A program made the position numbers and the translations under genes. A stretch of DNA of 63,442 nt, the filler included, from Rhabdomonas costata (Eukaryota), in NCBI GenBank assembly GCA_019059605.1. It is 48 parts of 48 records of this genome, joined end to end, with 100 filler letters (N's around TTAATTAATTAA, not from the genome) between each part and the next. Parts side by side here need not be neighbours in the genome. Positions count along the whole stretch, not along the records: positions 35,751 to 36,974 come from JAHMHO010022963.1; positions 37,075 to 38,298 come from JAHMHO010022964.1; positions 38,399 to 39,622 come from JAHMHO010022965.1; positions 39,723 to 40,946 come from JAHMHO010022966.1; positions 41,047 to 42,269 come from JAHMHO010022967.1; positions 42,370 to 43,593 come from JAHMHO010022968.1; positions 43,694 to 44,917 come from JAHMHO010022969.1; positions 45,018 to 46,241 come from JAHMHO010022970.1; 40 more parts are not named here. One strand, 5' to 3'. This document shows positions 36,901-49,283 of this stretch, in pieces (within the stretch, counting starts at the first letter, position 1; each line of letters begins with the position of its first letter). The notes beneath the pieces were generated by a model. It saw only the letters and a list, made by a program, of their open reading frames with translations. It searched no databases and was not told the origin of the DNA.

Positions 36901-39725
36901 CTCTACGCGGGTGAAAAATGTAATCAGCAAATCGCAGTAAAATACTTTGAACAACCAAGGTTTTGGCCCCCCACNNNNNNNNNNNNNNNNNNNNNNNNNN
37001 NNNNNNNNNNNNNNNNNNTTAATTAATTAANNNNNNNNNNNNNNNNNNNNNNNNNNNNNNNNNNNNNNNNNNNNTTTTGTTGGGGTTCTGTTTTTGGAAT
37101 GTCTCGGGTGTCTGCCTTTGTATCAGATGCCGGAGGGCGGAAAGGCAGGGGCACGCTTGAAGTTGGTTTGACTCCCGTGGCGGCAGGGGTGTTGGATAAT
37201 CCCCGATGTGTGCATGCCATTAGTATGCGTGTATCCGTGATTTGCGTCTGTTGATTTACTTATATTCTCCACCACGGGGTTGCACTGAACTTAGACAATA
37301 GCACGCAGCAAATTTCGATATGACGTTTTTGAATGGAAACTGCGAAACGTGCGCATCACAGGTCGTAAGCAAACACAGACTCATTTTCATTTTTATTCTT
37401 TTCTGTAGCTGACCTGCAGATTTTCCGCCATTTTTAAAGGTTTTACACTTCGAATGCAAGGGGCCAACAATGATTTGAATGGTTTTAGAGGAGATGGGGC
37501 AGGACTTTACTGGGATCTGCATGTGGCGCAGCTTCTGTTAGTTAGTGCAACAACATCTTCTCTGGAAACTCCATTTGCTGCGGGTACCCTGTGAAGTGTC
37601 TTTTCTGTCTGCAGGGTCTTTTGAATCCGAGCCCGTGTCAGGCTGAGGGAGACGGTGCGATTTGTCTGCCCACCTGACCTTCTCCGCATGGGCCTGCGCC
37701 GTGTCGGTGGATATTTGGGGAGTGTGGGTGTTGGTCGGTTTGTACAGGTCAGGCTATGCGTGGCTGTGTATCGAAATGTACAGTTCAATGTACAGGTAAG
37801 AAAAGAGCTTCCATCTATGTTCCTCATCGTGTATGGCACATCCAGAGGTCGGTGCCATCAGCTCCTAGTGTGCCTCCAATGAGTCGGCTGTTGTCGTGTG
37901 TTTTTCGCATTATCTCAGCAGTGTTTAAAGAGAAGCCCCAGAGATTGCTTCCAGGGCGGGAAATCTCTCGTTCATTCTGACATGGTTGGCTCTGCCCTTT
38001 CTCGTCACACTTCTGGAAACTCTGCAGACTGTTCAGGTTTCCCTTCAAAGAGAAAGGACTGAAGAAAAAAGGGGCTCCTGCCCGCTCTCATTTAGATCAT
38101 TGAGCCTTGACAAGTATGTTTCCCAGTGAAAAAATCTCTCTGTGTGCTTGTGCAGCCCTTTTTATCGTGACCTACTTTCTGCCGCGATCGTGTGTGTCTG
38201 TGTGTGCGTGTATGTGCTGACCCCTCAGCACCACAAACCCCTTCAGGGGATCCTCCCCTCTCACGCCTTTCCTCTTGTTTCCCTCGTTCCCACAACACNN
38301 NNNNNNNNNNNNNNNNNNNNNNNNNNNNNNNNNNNNNNNNNNTTAATTAATTAANNNNNNNNNNNNNNNNNNNNNNNNNNNNNNNNNNNNNNNNNNNNGT
38401 GGGGTTGGGTGGTAACCGTTACCCCCCTCCCCCCGACGTCAATTGGGACCACCTCAACACCGCAAATACCGAAATGCTGCTGAAGGCATTTGCACAGGAG
38501 AATGGGAAATAAATGCGACAAGAGCAGAGGACTTGCTCCTTTGAAATGCTCACCGTCCGTTTTTCTCTCGACAGAAGGAAAGAAAAACAAACTTTGGGCG
38601 GCAGCGACAAGACTTCTAGGGAAATTCTGCTGTTGAACCGACGACCCGCCCAGTTTCACGGAAGAGTCGCCGCGGTGCTTATGCTGCGATTTCTCAGCGG
38701 TTTTCCACAACCTGAGCCGACACCCCTGCGCTGTTCAAAACAGGCAGGTTTTGGACGTTCAATGTACAATTTTAACGTTTTTGGTTTTCTTTCGCGAACG
38801 TTTTTTTGCAAATAAAAAAAATCCGAGACCTGGATGTGGGCCTCTGCAATGACCTTCAGCCACTGCATGGACTCCGACAGGCTGAACAGCTCCCCCACGC
38901 AACGCAGGATCACAGTGGCCTGCAACACACAGGCACAGAAAGCCGCAGCCACGGCCCGGGACCCCCAAAAGTTTTCCCTCGAGCTTTTGGGTCCGATGCG
39001 TTTTTGTTCGAGGTTTCGGAACGTTCAACGTTTTACCGTTGTGTTAAACGCTGAGGTACGACACCAGGCTGGAAGTCTGGGTCACCCCGAGAACCCCCCC
39101 TACAGAAGTGTCGCTTTTGGTGCGCATGCCCACGAAAACTCCCCTCATCCTTCCCAGACGCCGTCTCCGCCTCAGTGTCGCGCTCCTGCCGTGCTACGGT
39201 GCTGGAGAGCAGAGAACAGGATCCTCGATGATGACATCCCCTGTTTAGTTCGAGGAGACACTGCATAATTGTGTGTAGCACGGGACTGCAGCCTCTGGTG
39301 CCCCCTCAATTGAGATTTCCGGGGATTACGGTTTTTTTCTTGCTTTACAATGCTCTTGTGCATCCTCCTCCGTCTAAAACTCAAAAAAGGACGCCAAAAG
39401 ACGCCCGAACTGTAGGAGCTATTGGTTTTAGAGGACGCCCCCCTTCCGCTCCGAGGTCAACACTGCCTTGGAAGTGAGCCATATCCCCCAAACCTGCAAA
39501 CCCTTGGCAGCCCCCACATACACGGACCAGAAAGGAGCTGCAGAACCGGGGGTTCTCCAGTTCCATCCCGCCCAGCTCCTCCAGGACGTACCGCTGGGCA
39601 CTGATCTGCGTCACCCCAAAACNNNNNNNNNNNNNNNNNNNNNNNNNNNNNNNNNNNNNNNNNNNNTTAATTAATTAANNNNNNNNNNNNNNNNNNNNNN
39701 NNNNNNNNNNNNNNNNNNNNNNGGG

Positions 39726-40660
39726 TTGGTGGTGCCGTTCGGCTTGTCTAACGCCCCAGCTACATTTCAGCGGCCGATGAATTTCATTCTGGAAGACCTA
39801 CGGGAGACGACGGGGGCGTACTTGGATGATATAATGGTACACACGGACACGATAGAAGAGCACGTCGAGGCGTTGCGAGTGCTATACCAGATGTTGGATA
39901 AAAAAGCTATATGCAAATCCGGATAAATGCGTGTTTGATCAGTCTGAGGTAGAGTACTGTGTTTTCATTGTGGGAAGGAATGGAATCAGGCCACACACGA
40001 GAAAGCTCATGGCGATATATAAGTGGCCGCAGCTAAAGAACCCGGATGTGAAAATCTTATGACTGTGTGGCTTTTACCAGAGTTTCGTGAGGACTACGCT
40101 ACAGTGGCAGCCCCCCTGACGGACCTGATGAAAAAGAAGAGAGAATGTGTTTGGAGTGAAGCGCAGAAGACTGCGTTTCAGAGGCTAAAGGCTAGATTGC
40201 TAAAGCAGTTCTTGTGGTACAAGACTTCCAGAAGCCGATGGTGCTTCACACCGATGCTTCAGAAGTGGGGATTGGAGCCACACTGTCGCAGGAAGGTGAC
40301 GATTGGAAGTTACATCTCGTGGCGTTCCAGTCGAGAAAGCTGTCGAATTGTGGCTGTCGGGAAGTTCTCTGTATGTGGTCAGGTGGTAAATGAGATTTTG
40401 ACTGTAACGGATAGGGCTACCAAGATGGTGGTGTTGATTCCATGCCACAATACGATGAATGCTTGCGATATAGAGGAGTTGTTTTGGTGGGAAGTAGTTA
40501 GATACATTGGGCTGCCGAGGAGCATTATGAGTGATAGATATCCGATCTTCATGTCGTTGTTTTGGAAAGAGCTAATGGAATTTCTGGGTATACAGTCGAG
40601 GATGTTGTCGCTGTAACATCATCATAGTAACAGTCAGGCAGAGAGAACCAATCAGTACAC
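39726..40660 (+). mobile_element. Degenerate Ty3/Gypsy LTR retrotransposon pol (RT, RNase H start, integrase core)
   Basis: VPFGLSNAPATFQR..AYLDDIMV; LHTDASEVGIGATLSQ; VTDRATKMVVLIP..GLPRSIMSDR. Order RT-RH-IN, with frameshifts and stops. Confidence 0.92.
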
Positions 40661-41652
40661 GTAGGAAAGTCTTCGTGTGGATGAAAAGGTAAAGAACACG
40701 GTGGCGTTTGTAGCCGTCAGAAATTTCAGAGTCGTTTTCGAAGGAGTAGATAGAATGGGGGATATACGAGATTTGAGTGGAGTGGTTGACAAGCTGAAGA
40801 TTGCAAGTTCAGCGCTTGAGTTGAGAAGAGAGGAGGGCGTTGTTGCTGCAAGAGCAGAGATAGATTCTGTTGGTGAGATGAGACTTCAGAAAAGCTCAAG
40901 AGTTGATGAAGTAGTGGTTCATTTGGATAAAGCCAGTGAGGAAGTCNNNNNNNNNNNNNNNNNNNNNNNNNNNNNNNNNNNNNNNNNNNNTTAATTAATT
41001 AANNNNNNNNNNNNNNNNNNNNNNNNNNNNNNNNNNNNNNNNNNNNTTTTTTTGTTATTTTCCCAGCAGGGGGGCTAAGTAAAGTTTGTCTGTGCCCACT
41101 AGGCGATGTTATTTTCTTAGGGTTAAACGCTTGCCAGTGGAAGCGTTTCCACCGCTATGGTTTCCTTTGCCCCCCGCCCCCGGGCAATCTGTATCCCGAT
41201 GTCTCGGGGATTTGCCCTAATGTCTCCGCTGAGACAGTGCCTTATTTTGTGATGTGTGATTTCCCTCTGATACTGAGTAGAGGACCAGCTGTACTGTCCC
41301 TCCGATTCGACTTCTGCGTGCGTACGTTGCATCGATGGATCTCGAAAGCTCTGCCCTTTTTCCTGAAGTTGGGAGTTATGTCTTTGTTCCGAGGCGGACC
41401 CTTTGAGGTGAGAACGTGCAATGTATTCTTGGTGCTAAAGGGTTGCTGACTTTATTGCTCAGCGGGGCTACCCAGGCGCACAACTTAACAGCCAGGCGAA
41501 GGGCAGGCTGAGGTATACAGGGAAAGGGCGCAGTGGCAACAGATGCTCTAGAGCCCCGAGAGAAGGCTGCCTCAATGAAGCGTTGGTGAGGGAGGGTGGT
41601 AAATGGCAGCACACTGAGAGGGCAATGATTTCGTAATTTGCGGTGGTTACAG

Positions 41653-41873
41653 GTCGATGAAAGATGTGAGGTTCATGAGGCGGAGCGAGCGGTGAACGGT
41701 GAACGAGGACGCGGAGATGCTTCGGTTAGTGGGGGCGCGAAGGGGATGTTTATGACGCGGAAGCGCCGGGCGAACGCTGTGCTGACGTTCCACGGCACTC
41801 GGGTGGACTGTGTGGAGGACATTCTGAGGGCGGGGCTGCAGAAGTACTGCCGAGAGGACAGCGGCTACTTTGG
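41653..41873 (+). CDS. PARP-like ADP-ribosyltransferase catalytic domain exon
   Basis: LTFHGTRVDCVEDILRAGLQKYCREDSGYFG fits the HGT..I...G....G.FG PARP signature. AG/GT bounded. Confidence 0.7.
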
Positions 41874-42369
41874 GTAATCTCTCTTTGAGGGGCTCAGTGA
41901 AGGAGTGCAATGGGGTTCTTATGTAGATTTTCCTGCCATGCCCTCCATTTTCACCGCTGTCGCAGGATGAGTTCTTCGACCCTTTTTTGGAAATCTTGAA
42001 ACCATCCGAATACGTCGTTTTATGCTAGCCGTCGCTTTTTTATAGGAACCGTAACCACGGGTACCTTACCATGCGATTCTAAAGCATTGATCGCCTTCTT
42101 CTAACAATGCGTAAAGCAAAATTTAGTCCTCCAGGTTCTCTGAGGATTTCTTGATAAATCTACGAGAAGGGATGTTGCTAGGGTCCTCTTACTGACGTCC
42201 TCACATTCTGTTGGGTATTTTTTATTGGTGTGGGGACATACCGTCCCTCAGGTATGGCTGCTACACCACNNNNNNNNNNNNNNNNNNNNNNNNNNNNNNN
42301 NNNNNNNNNNNNNTTAATTAATTAANNNNNNNNNNNNNNNNNNNNNNNNNNNNNNNNNNNNNNNNNNNN

Positions 42370-43558
42370 GTGGGTGGTGGGACCAATCTTTGGTCCCACC
42401 AGCCTGATCATTAACAACGAGTGCAACGGGGAGGATGCCACCGCCCCCGGGGGCGCTGGGGAGAACCGCCGCATCAAGGCCTTCCGCTGGTATGTGTGGT
42501 GTTGTGTGTGTGGAGACTTTCCAGCACGATCCCGAACCCGCCGCTGAACAACTCGTTATTCCTCTGCGCCGCTCATGGCGTTCCTGCAGGGTTGGATTCC
42601 AGTCAAGCCGTGCTGTCAAACAAATAGGAAGGGTGCTCTTCGGCCTTTCATATAGCTCACGGTCAAGGGTCCTCCTAATCCTCCGAAGTCACCCGCCATT
42701 GTTTTTAAGTCTCATATGTGCCCCTTGGGCTCTGTGTTTGGATGTTTGCCACCGGACACCAGGTCAGGGAGCCTGTTGTAACTCCCAACAATGACGATTT
42801 TCACTTGACGTTGTCGGGTTCTAGCGGATCTGGGTTACAATGAAGCGTTTATATCGATAAAGCACAGTGGAAGGCTGCTTGTTCGTTTGGGAAGCCGAGA
42901 CTGCGTTTCTGTAAATTCTATGTATGCATGCGAAACGTTTGGTGGTCAGGTTCTGCGGATACTTCGGCGTCCCCACGGGGGACAACCTGAGCTGCAAGGG
43001 CATGTCTGACCTCACGGTGCCCAACCAGTACCTCTCCTGGGATGCGGACTGGAGCACCTCGTGGCAGAACGGGCCCTGCCAGTGCGCTATGGCCACCTAC
43101 AGCGGTACGTGCTTGGCATTCCTTTTTTCTTGAACCTTTGAACGACCATTCACAACCGAATGCACATCTGCGAGTGTCTTCCTGCACCTTACGGCACTAA
43201 AGCGTACAATGAAGACTCCCCAAGACATTGCTTCCAATCGATTGAGCACACTCCTATCTGGGGCTTCATTGCCCACACGGTGCTTTCGACCAAAGAAAAG
43301 TCGGCATCACCGTTGTGTCTTCGGTCGCAATGACAGGGCTGATCCCGGCCTTTGATCCGGCAGTGTTCCCACAACACACCTCACTCAACGCTGGAGGCAA
43401 GGCCTGGTGCGAGGCCGCGCTGAACGGAGGCTGGCAGGCTGCCACCACGATGTGCGTGGGGCGGAACCCCGGGCAATGCGTCGCAACCTCTGCTGTGGTG
43501 AACGAGACGTGGTGCCAGGCGAAGGGCTGCCCCTCCTCCTACTGCGCCATTGTCTCCG
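42370..43558 (+). CDS. Glycoside hydrolase family 19 (chitinase-like), exons 42370-42489, 42950-43104, 43337-43558
   Basis: FGPTSLIINNECNGEDATAPGGAGENRRIKAFRW|FCGYFGVPTGDNLSCKGM..DWSTSWQNGPCQCAMATYS|GLIPAFDP. Both introns are GT-AG and in frame. Confidence 0.8.
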
Positions 43559-45017
43559 GTATCTGTTTGCCCGTTCTATGCGCAAACACCCACNNNNNNN
43601 NNNNNNNNNNNNNNNNNNNNNNNNNNNNNNNNNNNNNTTAATTAATTAANNNNNNNNNNNNNNNNNNNNNNNNNNNNNNNNNNNNNNNNNNNNGTGGGTT
43701 TTTCACATTGTGTATATGCTGACATCTTGTGCTTGGACCTGTCCTACGGTGCAGCATCAATTCTTGCGTACCTCTACCACCATCTCTACTACCTATGTGG
43801 GTAGCGGCAACCACAACCCTGGCATATGGTGTATGATCTAGCGCATCATTGCCAGCTTTGGTGCGATTCAAACATCAGTGGTAGTATACCAACATCAGTG
43901 GTAGTTGGAGCATCCAACAGTGTGCAGGACTGCTGTGAGCAAAATCATCACCGCTAGTACTACTGCACGTGGGTTCCTTAGCGGTGGTTCTACTGTATAC
44001 GTACGGTTCTACCACCTGCGTTAAGTCCTGAACAAAGCCTTCTACCGGATGGTAACGCAGCGCCAGACTCCATGGGATTACAGGCACTGCCACAAAATTG
44101 TCCTGTGATTACACAGCAAGCTCCAGGAACCATCATCTGGCTCATTCACATGGTTTGATTGACATACACCACCGGTCACCACGCTCCTTGCCTCCTGTGG
44201 GGCTGGTTTACGCTCTAGCTTGGCCTCCATCACCAGGACATTCATCCTACGCCCAACTGCGCATGGTATCTCACTGTGACTTCTACGCATAGCATCAACG
44301 TAACACGTGGCTCCAGCATCGCTGAGTTACATCGCGGATCGAGCGCCTTGGTTCAACTTCACCTCATGCGTCCATGTGTTACTGACCTCTTAAGCATCGT
44401 CGTCGTTGTCATCGTGTGTAAGTAGACTGTTATGCGGCGTCTGTGATCTCCTCGGTCGTCTCACAGCTCTGTAGGACCCGGTTTTGCCTGTCGGTCAACA
44501 TGCCTGTGACTGTGGACCGCCCTCCCTTCCTTAGTAATTGCCCCAATGGAGATTCCGAAGGACTTCTGCGAACCCGAACCCGAAGACGAATGCCGAAACC
44601 GAAGAGAGAAGCACAAGCACAAGCACTACACAAGAACTCCAACCCCAACCACCGAAATCCACGCTACAACTCCGAACCACGAATACCCAGAAGACAGAAA
44701 CCCAACGCATGAATACCGAATACATGAATACCAACAGAACGTAGCCTAACCCCGATTAGACGTAAACACCGAAATCCAAAACCCAACCACAAGACCAAAC
44801 TCCGAACACAGAATGCCGACACCGAATACGAATACCAAATACCGAATGCATGAACTCAGAACCCAGAACTCAGAACCATAAGAAAGAACCCTCAACCACA
44901 AAATCCAACCCCCAAAANNNNNNNNNNNNNNNNNNNNNNNNNNNNNNNNNNNNNNNNNNNNTTAATTAATTAANNNNNNNNNNNNNNNNNNNNNNNNNNN
45001 NNNNNNNNNNNNNNNNN

Positions 45018-46241
45018 GTGCTGGTGGTGTTCCTTGCGGTGGGTGTTGCGTTGGGGTTGGGTGTGGATGGTATGGATGGTATGGTGGGTATGGAGGGTGT
45101 GGTGTCGGAGGGTGTGGAGGGTGTTGCTGTGCAGGGTTCCTTGTTGGGTGGTGTGTCCTTGGGTGCTTTGGTGCTTCTTGCGGTGTTGGGTGTGGGATTG
45201 ACAACGTGTTGGGTACTGGTTTGTGTTACGGTGTGCGTTGGTGTCGTAGGGTGCGTGGTGAGCTTATGCATGGTGTGGGTATTGGCGGCTGGATTCCTTA
45301 CGTGTGCGTGTGTTCTTCTTCTTCTTCTTATGGTAGGTGTAGGTGTAGTTGTAGTAGGTGTAGTAGGTGTAGTAGGTGTAGGCGTTGTTGTGGTAGGGGT
45401 TGGTGTTGTTGTTGTTGGTGCGTAGTGTGTCGGAGTCAACCATGCTCTCTGTCTCTGTGTCTGTCAACCTTGCTCTCTCTCTACCATGCTCTCTGTCTCT
45501 GTTCCTGTCTCTTTTGCTGTTGGGTGTCTGGTTCTGGCTGTTGCGTTGGGTTGGTTGGTTGGTGCGCTTGACCTTGATGGTAATATGCTGGTGATTCCTG
45601 TTGGTTGCGTTGGTTGTGTTGGAGGTGTGTTGGTTGCTGGAGGTGTGTCGGACGTTGGGTTGATGGACTGTACGGTGTCTGTGCTTGGATTAGCGTGTGT
45701 TACTGCTTCTGGTGTGTTCGTGCTTCTGTCTGTTACCATGCTCACTGTTTGCGTATCCGTAACCATGCTCTCTGTAACCATGCTCTCTGTAACCATGCTC
45801 TCTTGCTTCGTAACCATGCTCTCTGTTTCTGCTTCTAGCGTAGTTGTGTGCATCCTGTGTTTGTGTCTCTAGCGCTTCCTTTACGCTTCTGTCTCTGCTA
45901 CCATGCTCACTGTCTACCATGCCGTACCCGTATCCGTATCCGTATCTGTTCCCTTAGCTGTACCTGTGTGTGTTACTCTTACTCTTACTCTTACTGTATA
46001 CTGTGTGTTGGTTGTGAGTGCGTTGGTTGTCATGGTGTCAGTGCGTTGCTTGTTGTCATGCTCTCATGGTGTTCGGGTGTCGGGCTGTCAGGGTGTCAGG
46101 ATGTCAGGGTCGGAGGGTGGTGTGCTGTCTCAGTGTAATGATGTGATGCCTTGTTGTGTGTACCGCTTCTGTAGTGCTTTACGTCATTACACTGAGACAG
46201 CACAACACCCTCCGACCCTGACATCCTGACACCACAACACC
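45018..46241. repeat. GT-skewed low-complexity contig with ACCATGCTC(T/A)CTGT minisatellite units
   Basis: About 8-9 CCATGCTC copies, tandem at 45761-45826, among GTA/GTT simple repeats. Confidence 0.8.
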
Positions 46242-46610
46242 NNNNNNNNNNNNNNNNNNNNNNNNNNNNNNNNNNNNNNNNNNNNTTAATTAATTAANNN
46301 NNNNNNNNNNNNNNNNNNNNNNNNNNNNNNNNNNNNNNNNNGTGGGTGTGTTTGGTGGTTGGGGTAGTATGTCGGGCTCTGCTTGCCACCCACGTCGTTG
46401 TTGACGACGAATCGCTGAACCAACAGGGAGGCGGAGGGTGTGTGTGTGTGTGTGTGTGGACAGCCGGAGTCCTGGTGAGGGGGTGTACACCAGAGTGTAA
46501 CCAGAAAACAGAATTTTTCCGAGAAATGTTCATTCTCGCTGCTCTCGTAAGGCATCAGATCTTCAGTTGCTCAACTCAGAGTTCACCTTACTGACACTCT
46601 CGCTATGCAG

Positions 46611-47303
46611 CAAGTCCACGTTTGACCTGTGCAACACACTGGTTATGGACGCGCACACGATGGACATCACTATCGTGGTGGCCCTGCTGCAGCCTCCCCC
46701 GGAGGTGTTTGAGCTGTTTGACGACCTGATCCTGTTTGACAAGGTGTCATTCTGTCTCTAGATTAGGGTAGTTCTTAAACGAGAGAGCTTTCCCTCTCTT
46801 TTCCATTCAATTGCATTTCCTCGGTTTTTCTTTGCCGTGCTCTTTCTCTCTTTTGTTCCTTCCACTCGTGCTGTAGTTCTCTCCCTCCATGTGCTGACAT
46901 ACATAAGGTCCCTCTCACCCCTATCCCCCTGCAAGTGGGTTGGCCTTATGCCTTTTGTAAATTGCTTTGCGTCTTGTGAATCCATTACACGCAACACTTT
47001 TTCTAGTGCTGGGTGAGTGCGGGATTATAAAACCGCTGCTTGTTATGTTTATATTTTGGTTGCATTGAGATTGGGATTCCCGGTTGGGCAGCTGACTACA
47101 AGATGTCGAGTTATGTAGCACCGCTTTCGAGCTTGCATCGTTGCGCGCGCCCCTTCGTAAAATCCAATTTCTTCTCTGAGGGCTTTGGTTCTGAATAGGG
47201 GCACATCGTGTACCAAGGCCCGGTCAAGGATGCGGTGAAGTACTTTGGCGAGCTGGGCTACGAAATCCCCAATGACATGGACGAAGCGGACTTCTTGCAG
47301 CAG
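46611..47303 (+). CDS. PDR-type ABCG transporter NBD region, exons 46611-46743 and 47199-47303
   Basis: TIVVALLQPPPEVFELFDDLILFDK|GHIVYQGPVKDAVKYFGELGYEIPNDMDEADFLQQ; the LLQP motif is typical of PDR NBD1. Confidence 0.92.
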
Positions 47304-47992
47304 GTCCGCCTTTGGGGCTGTGCCACTCTGTGCCACTGGCCTGTGAATGTTCATTTAGTAATCTCCTTGGTGCACCCTTCCACGCGTTTTTGTCATCGAA
47401 TTTAACCGAAATGCTGAGGTTTAGCTTTCCTGTGATTGCCGGTGTGGGCGCACAACTTTTATGCTCGCAAGCCTCCCGTGAGTTATCTCCAGCTCCTTCC
47501 CATGGAGAGGTTGATGGAGATAACTCACGGGAGGCTTGCGAGCATAAAAGTTGTGCACCCACCCCNNNNNNNNNNNNNNNNNNNNNNNNNNNNNNNNNNN
47601 NNNNNNNNNTTAATTAATTAANNNNNNNNNNNNNNNNNNNNNNNNNNNNNNNNNNNNNNNNNNNNGGGTGGGTTGCTGGCTGTGCTAGCCTCCAAGCTGC
47701 TGCCCACTCTACGTCAGAATCACCCAAGCTTTCCATACAGCCCCTCTGTACAAACACAGGTAACCCCTTTCCCGCCCGTCTCGTTTCCTGCTCTGGGGCT
47801 CTACACACGCCCCATGGCTGGGCTGTAGCACCGCTCGCTTCTCCTTCGGCAAGCAGTCCATTGGCGCGCCTTGCCTAAGGAGCTCGCACCCGAAGGCGCA
47901 GTGCCATCGGTGCTCGGGGTAGCCTCGCCGCCCTATGAACCTCACCGCCTGGCGGATGAAGGCCGGAAGACCGCCAACGCCAGGGTCCGTAA

Positions 47993-48814
47993 ACGGCACC
48001 AGCTTGGAGGCTAGCACAGCCAGCAGCCCACGCAGCAGAGCCACTCCAACCAGGTTCTCACGTCGCGCTCTTGCTGTCCTTCGTCTTTCTCCTCCGCATT
48101 TCCGAAGTCTCCTCCTTGTCCCCCGCCTCGTTTACCGACACCCACATCTGCATACGACCAAGCAAATCCTCCCACTCCCTCATCTGGCGACCCCTTGCCC
48201 CGGCTTTGCGCTTCTTGGTCGGCTTCATTCGCGCGTCCTCCAGCAACTCCGACAACCCCATCTTCACCTCCTCCTCCCTGCAGTCTGCCGTCTACCTCTT
48301 CCGTGGAGCACAACCTGGAATTACCTTCCACTCTCTCCGCCGCGGGGGCGCGGCCACCCTCGTATCTCTCGGAATCTCCCTTCCTGCCCTGCAATATTGG
48401 GGCCGCTGGCGCTCCGTCGGCACCGCCTCCACCTACTTTGAGCAACAACTCCCGACCTCCCTCCCTCCCTTGCTCCACTTCTCCCTCCCCAACCTCGATA
48501 CCGGAACTACCTGCTACAGCGTCCCCCTCTCCGACCTCTGGCCTCCTCACTTGCTCACCAACTTCCACCTCTTGGCGGCGTCACCTTCTCCGCCTGCTGC
48601 CCACTCTACGTCAGAATCACCCCAAGCTTTCCATGCAGCCCCTCTGCCGCGACCTCCTCCGCGCCATGCTCCACGTCCAACAGCTCGTCGACGCTCGGTT
48701 CCCTCAAAGCCTCGGTCAAAGCCTGCTCGAAGCCCTCCCCTCCACCGCCCAAATTCTCGAGGAGCCGAAGGGGAAAGAGATGGAGTGCACCCTTCCACCC
48801 CTGCCACAACCTGA
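47993..48814 (+). mobile_element. Tyrosine recombinase of a DIRS/Ngaro/VIPER-type (or Crypton-like) element
   Basis: Intron-free ORF with LLRISE, SK, HSLRRGGA, GRW and STYF, which give the R-K-H-R-W-Y catalytic set. Confidence 0.85.
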
Positions 48815-49283
48815 ACGCGCCGTTTTTCTGTTGGTAGTGGGGGTTGAGGGACGCGAAGAAAGCCAGTAAGGGGGAAGTGTGAGTGGTTGNNNNNNNNNNN
48901 NNNNNNNNNNNNNNNNNNNNNNNNNNNNNNNNNTTAATTAATTAANNNNNNNNNNNNNNNNNNNNNNNNNNNNNNNNNNNNNNNNNNNNGGTTGGGGTGA
49001 TCCTCAGGCTTGCCACCTCAGAGGTGTTGAGCACCTCAAGAGACGTCAAGCCTGAGGATCACCGCTTCCCCAGGACCGCTCCGACGGGGGTGGGGTCTTC
49101 GCCAAGGGAGTGCAGCCCTCCTCCCGGTTTGTCCAGCCTTGGCCTCCCCACGGGTTACAGCGACACCTCTTCTGTCGCGGTGCACACTCCCGAGGCCATG
49201 CCACCGCGGGGCGTTCCTGCGCCCCTTTCGGATGACTCCCCCAGAAGTTCTTCCCAGAGCCCTATGCCTGCAGCCTCACAGCT

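Noticed and set aside
44962..45872. Val/Gly-rich and Thr/Pro-rich ORFs as articulin or mucin genes
   Set aside because: They are by-products of GT-skewed simple repeats, open in several frames, with no VPV-type articulin motif and no splice structure.
46342..46365. G/T-rich contig ends as telomeric repeats
   Set aside because: No fixed tandem unit. They match an amplification primer plus a G/T-random tail.
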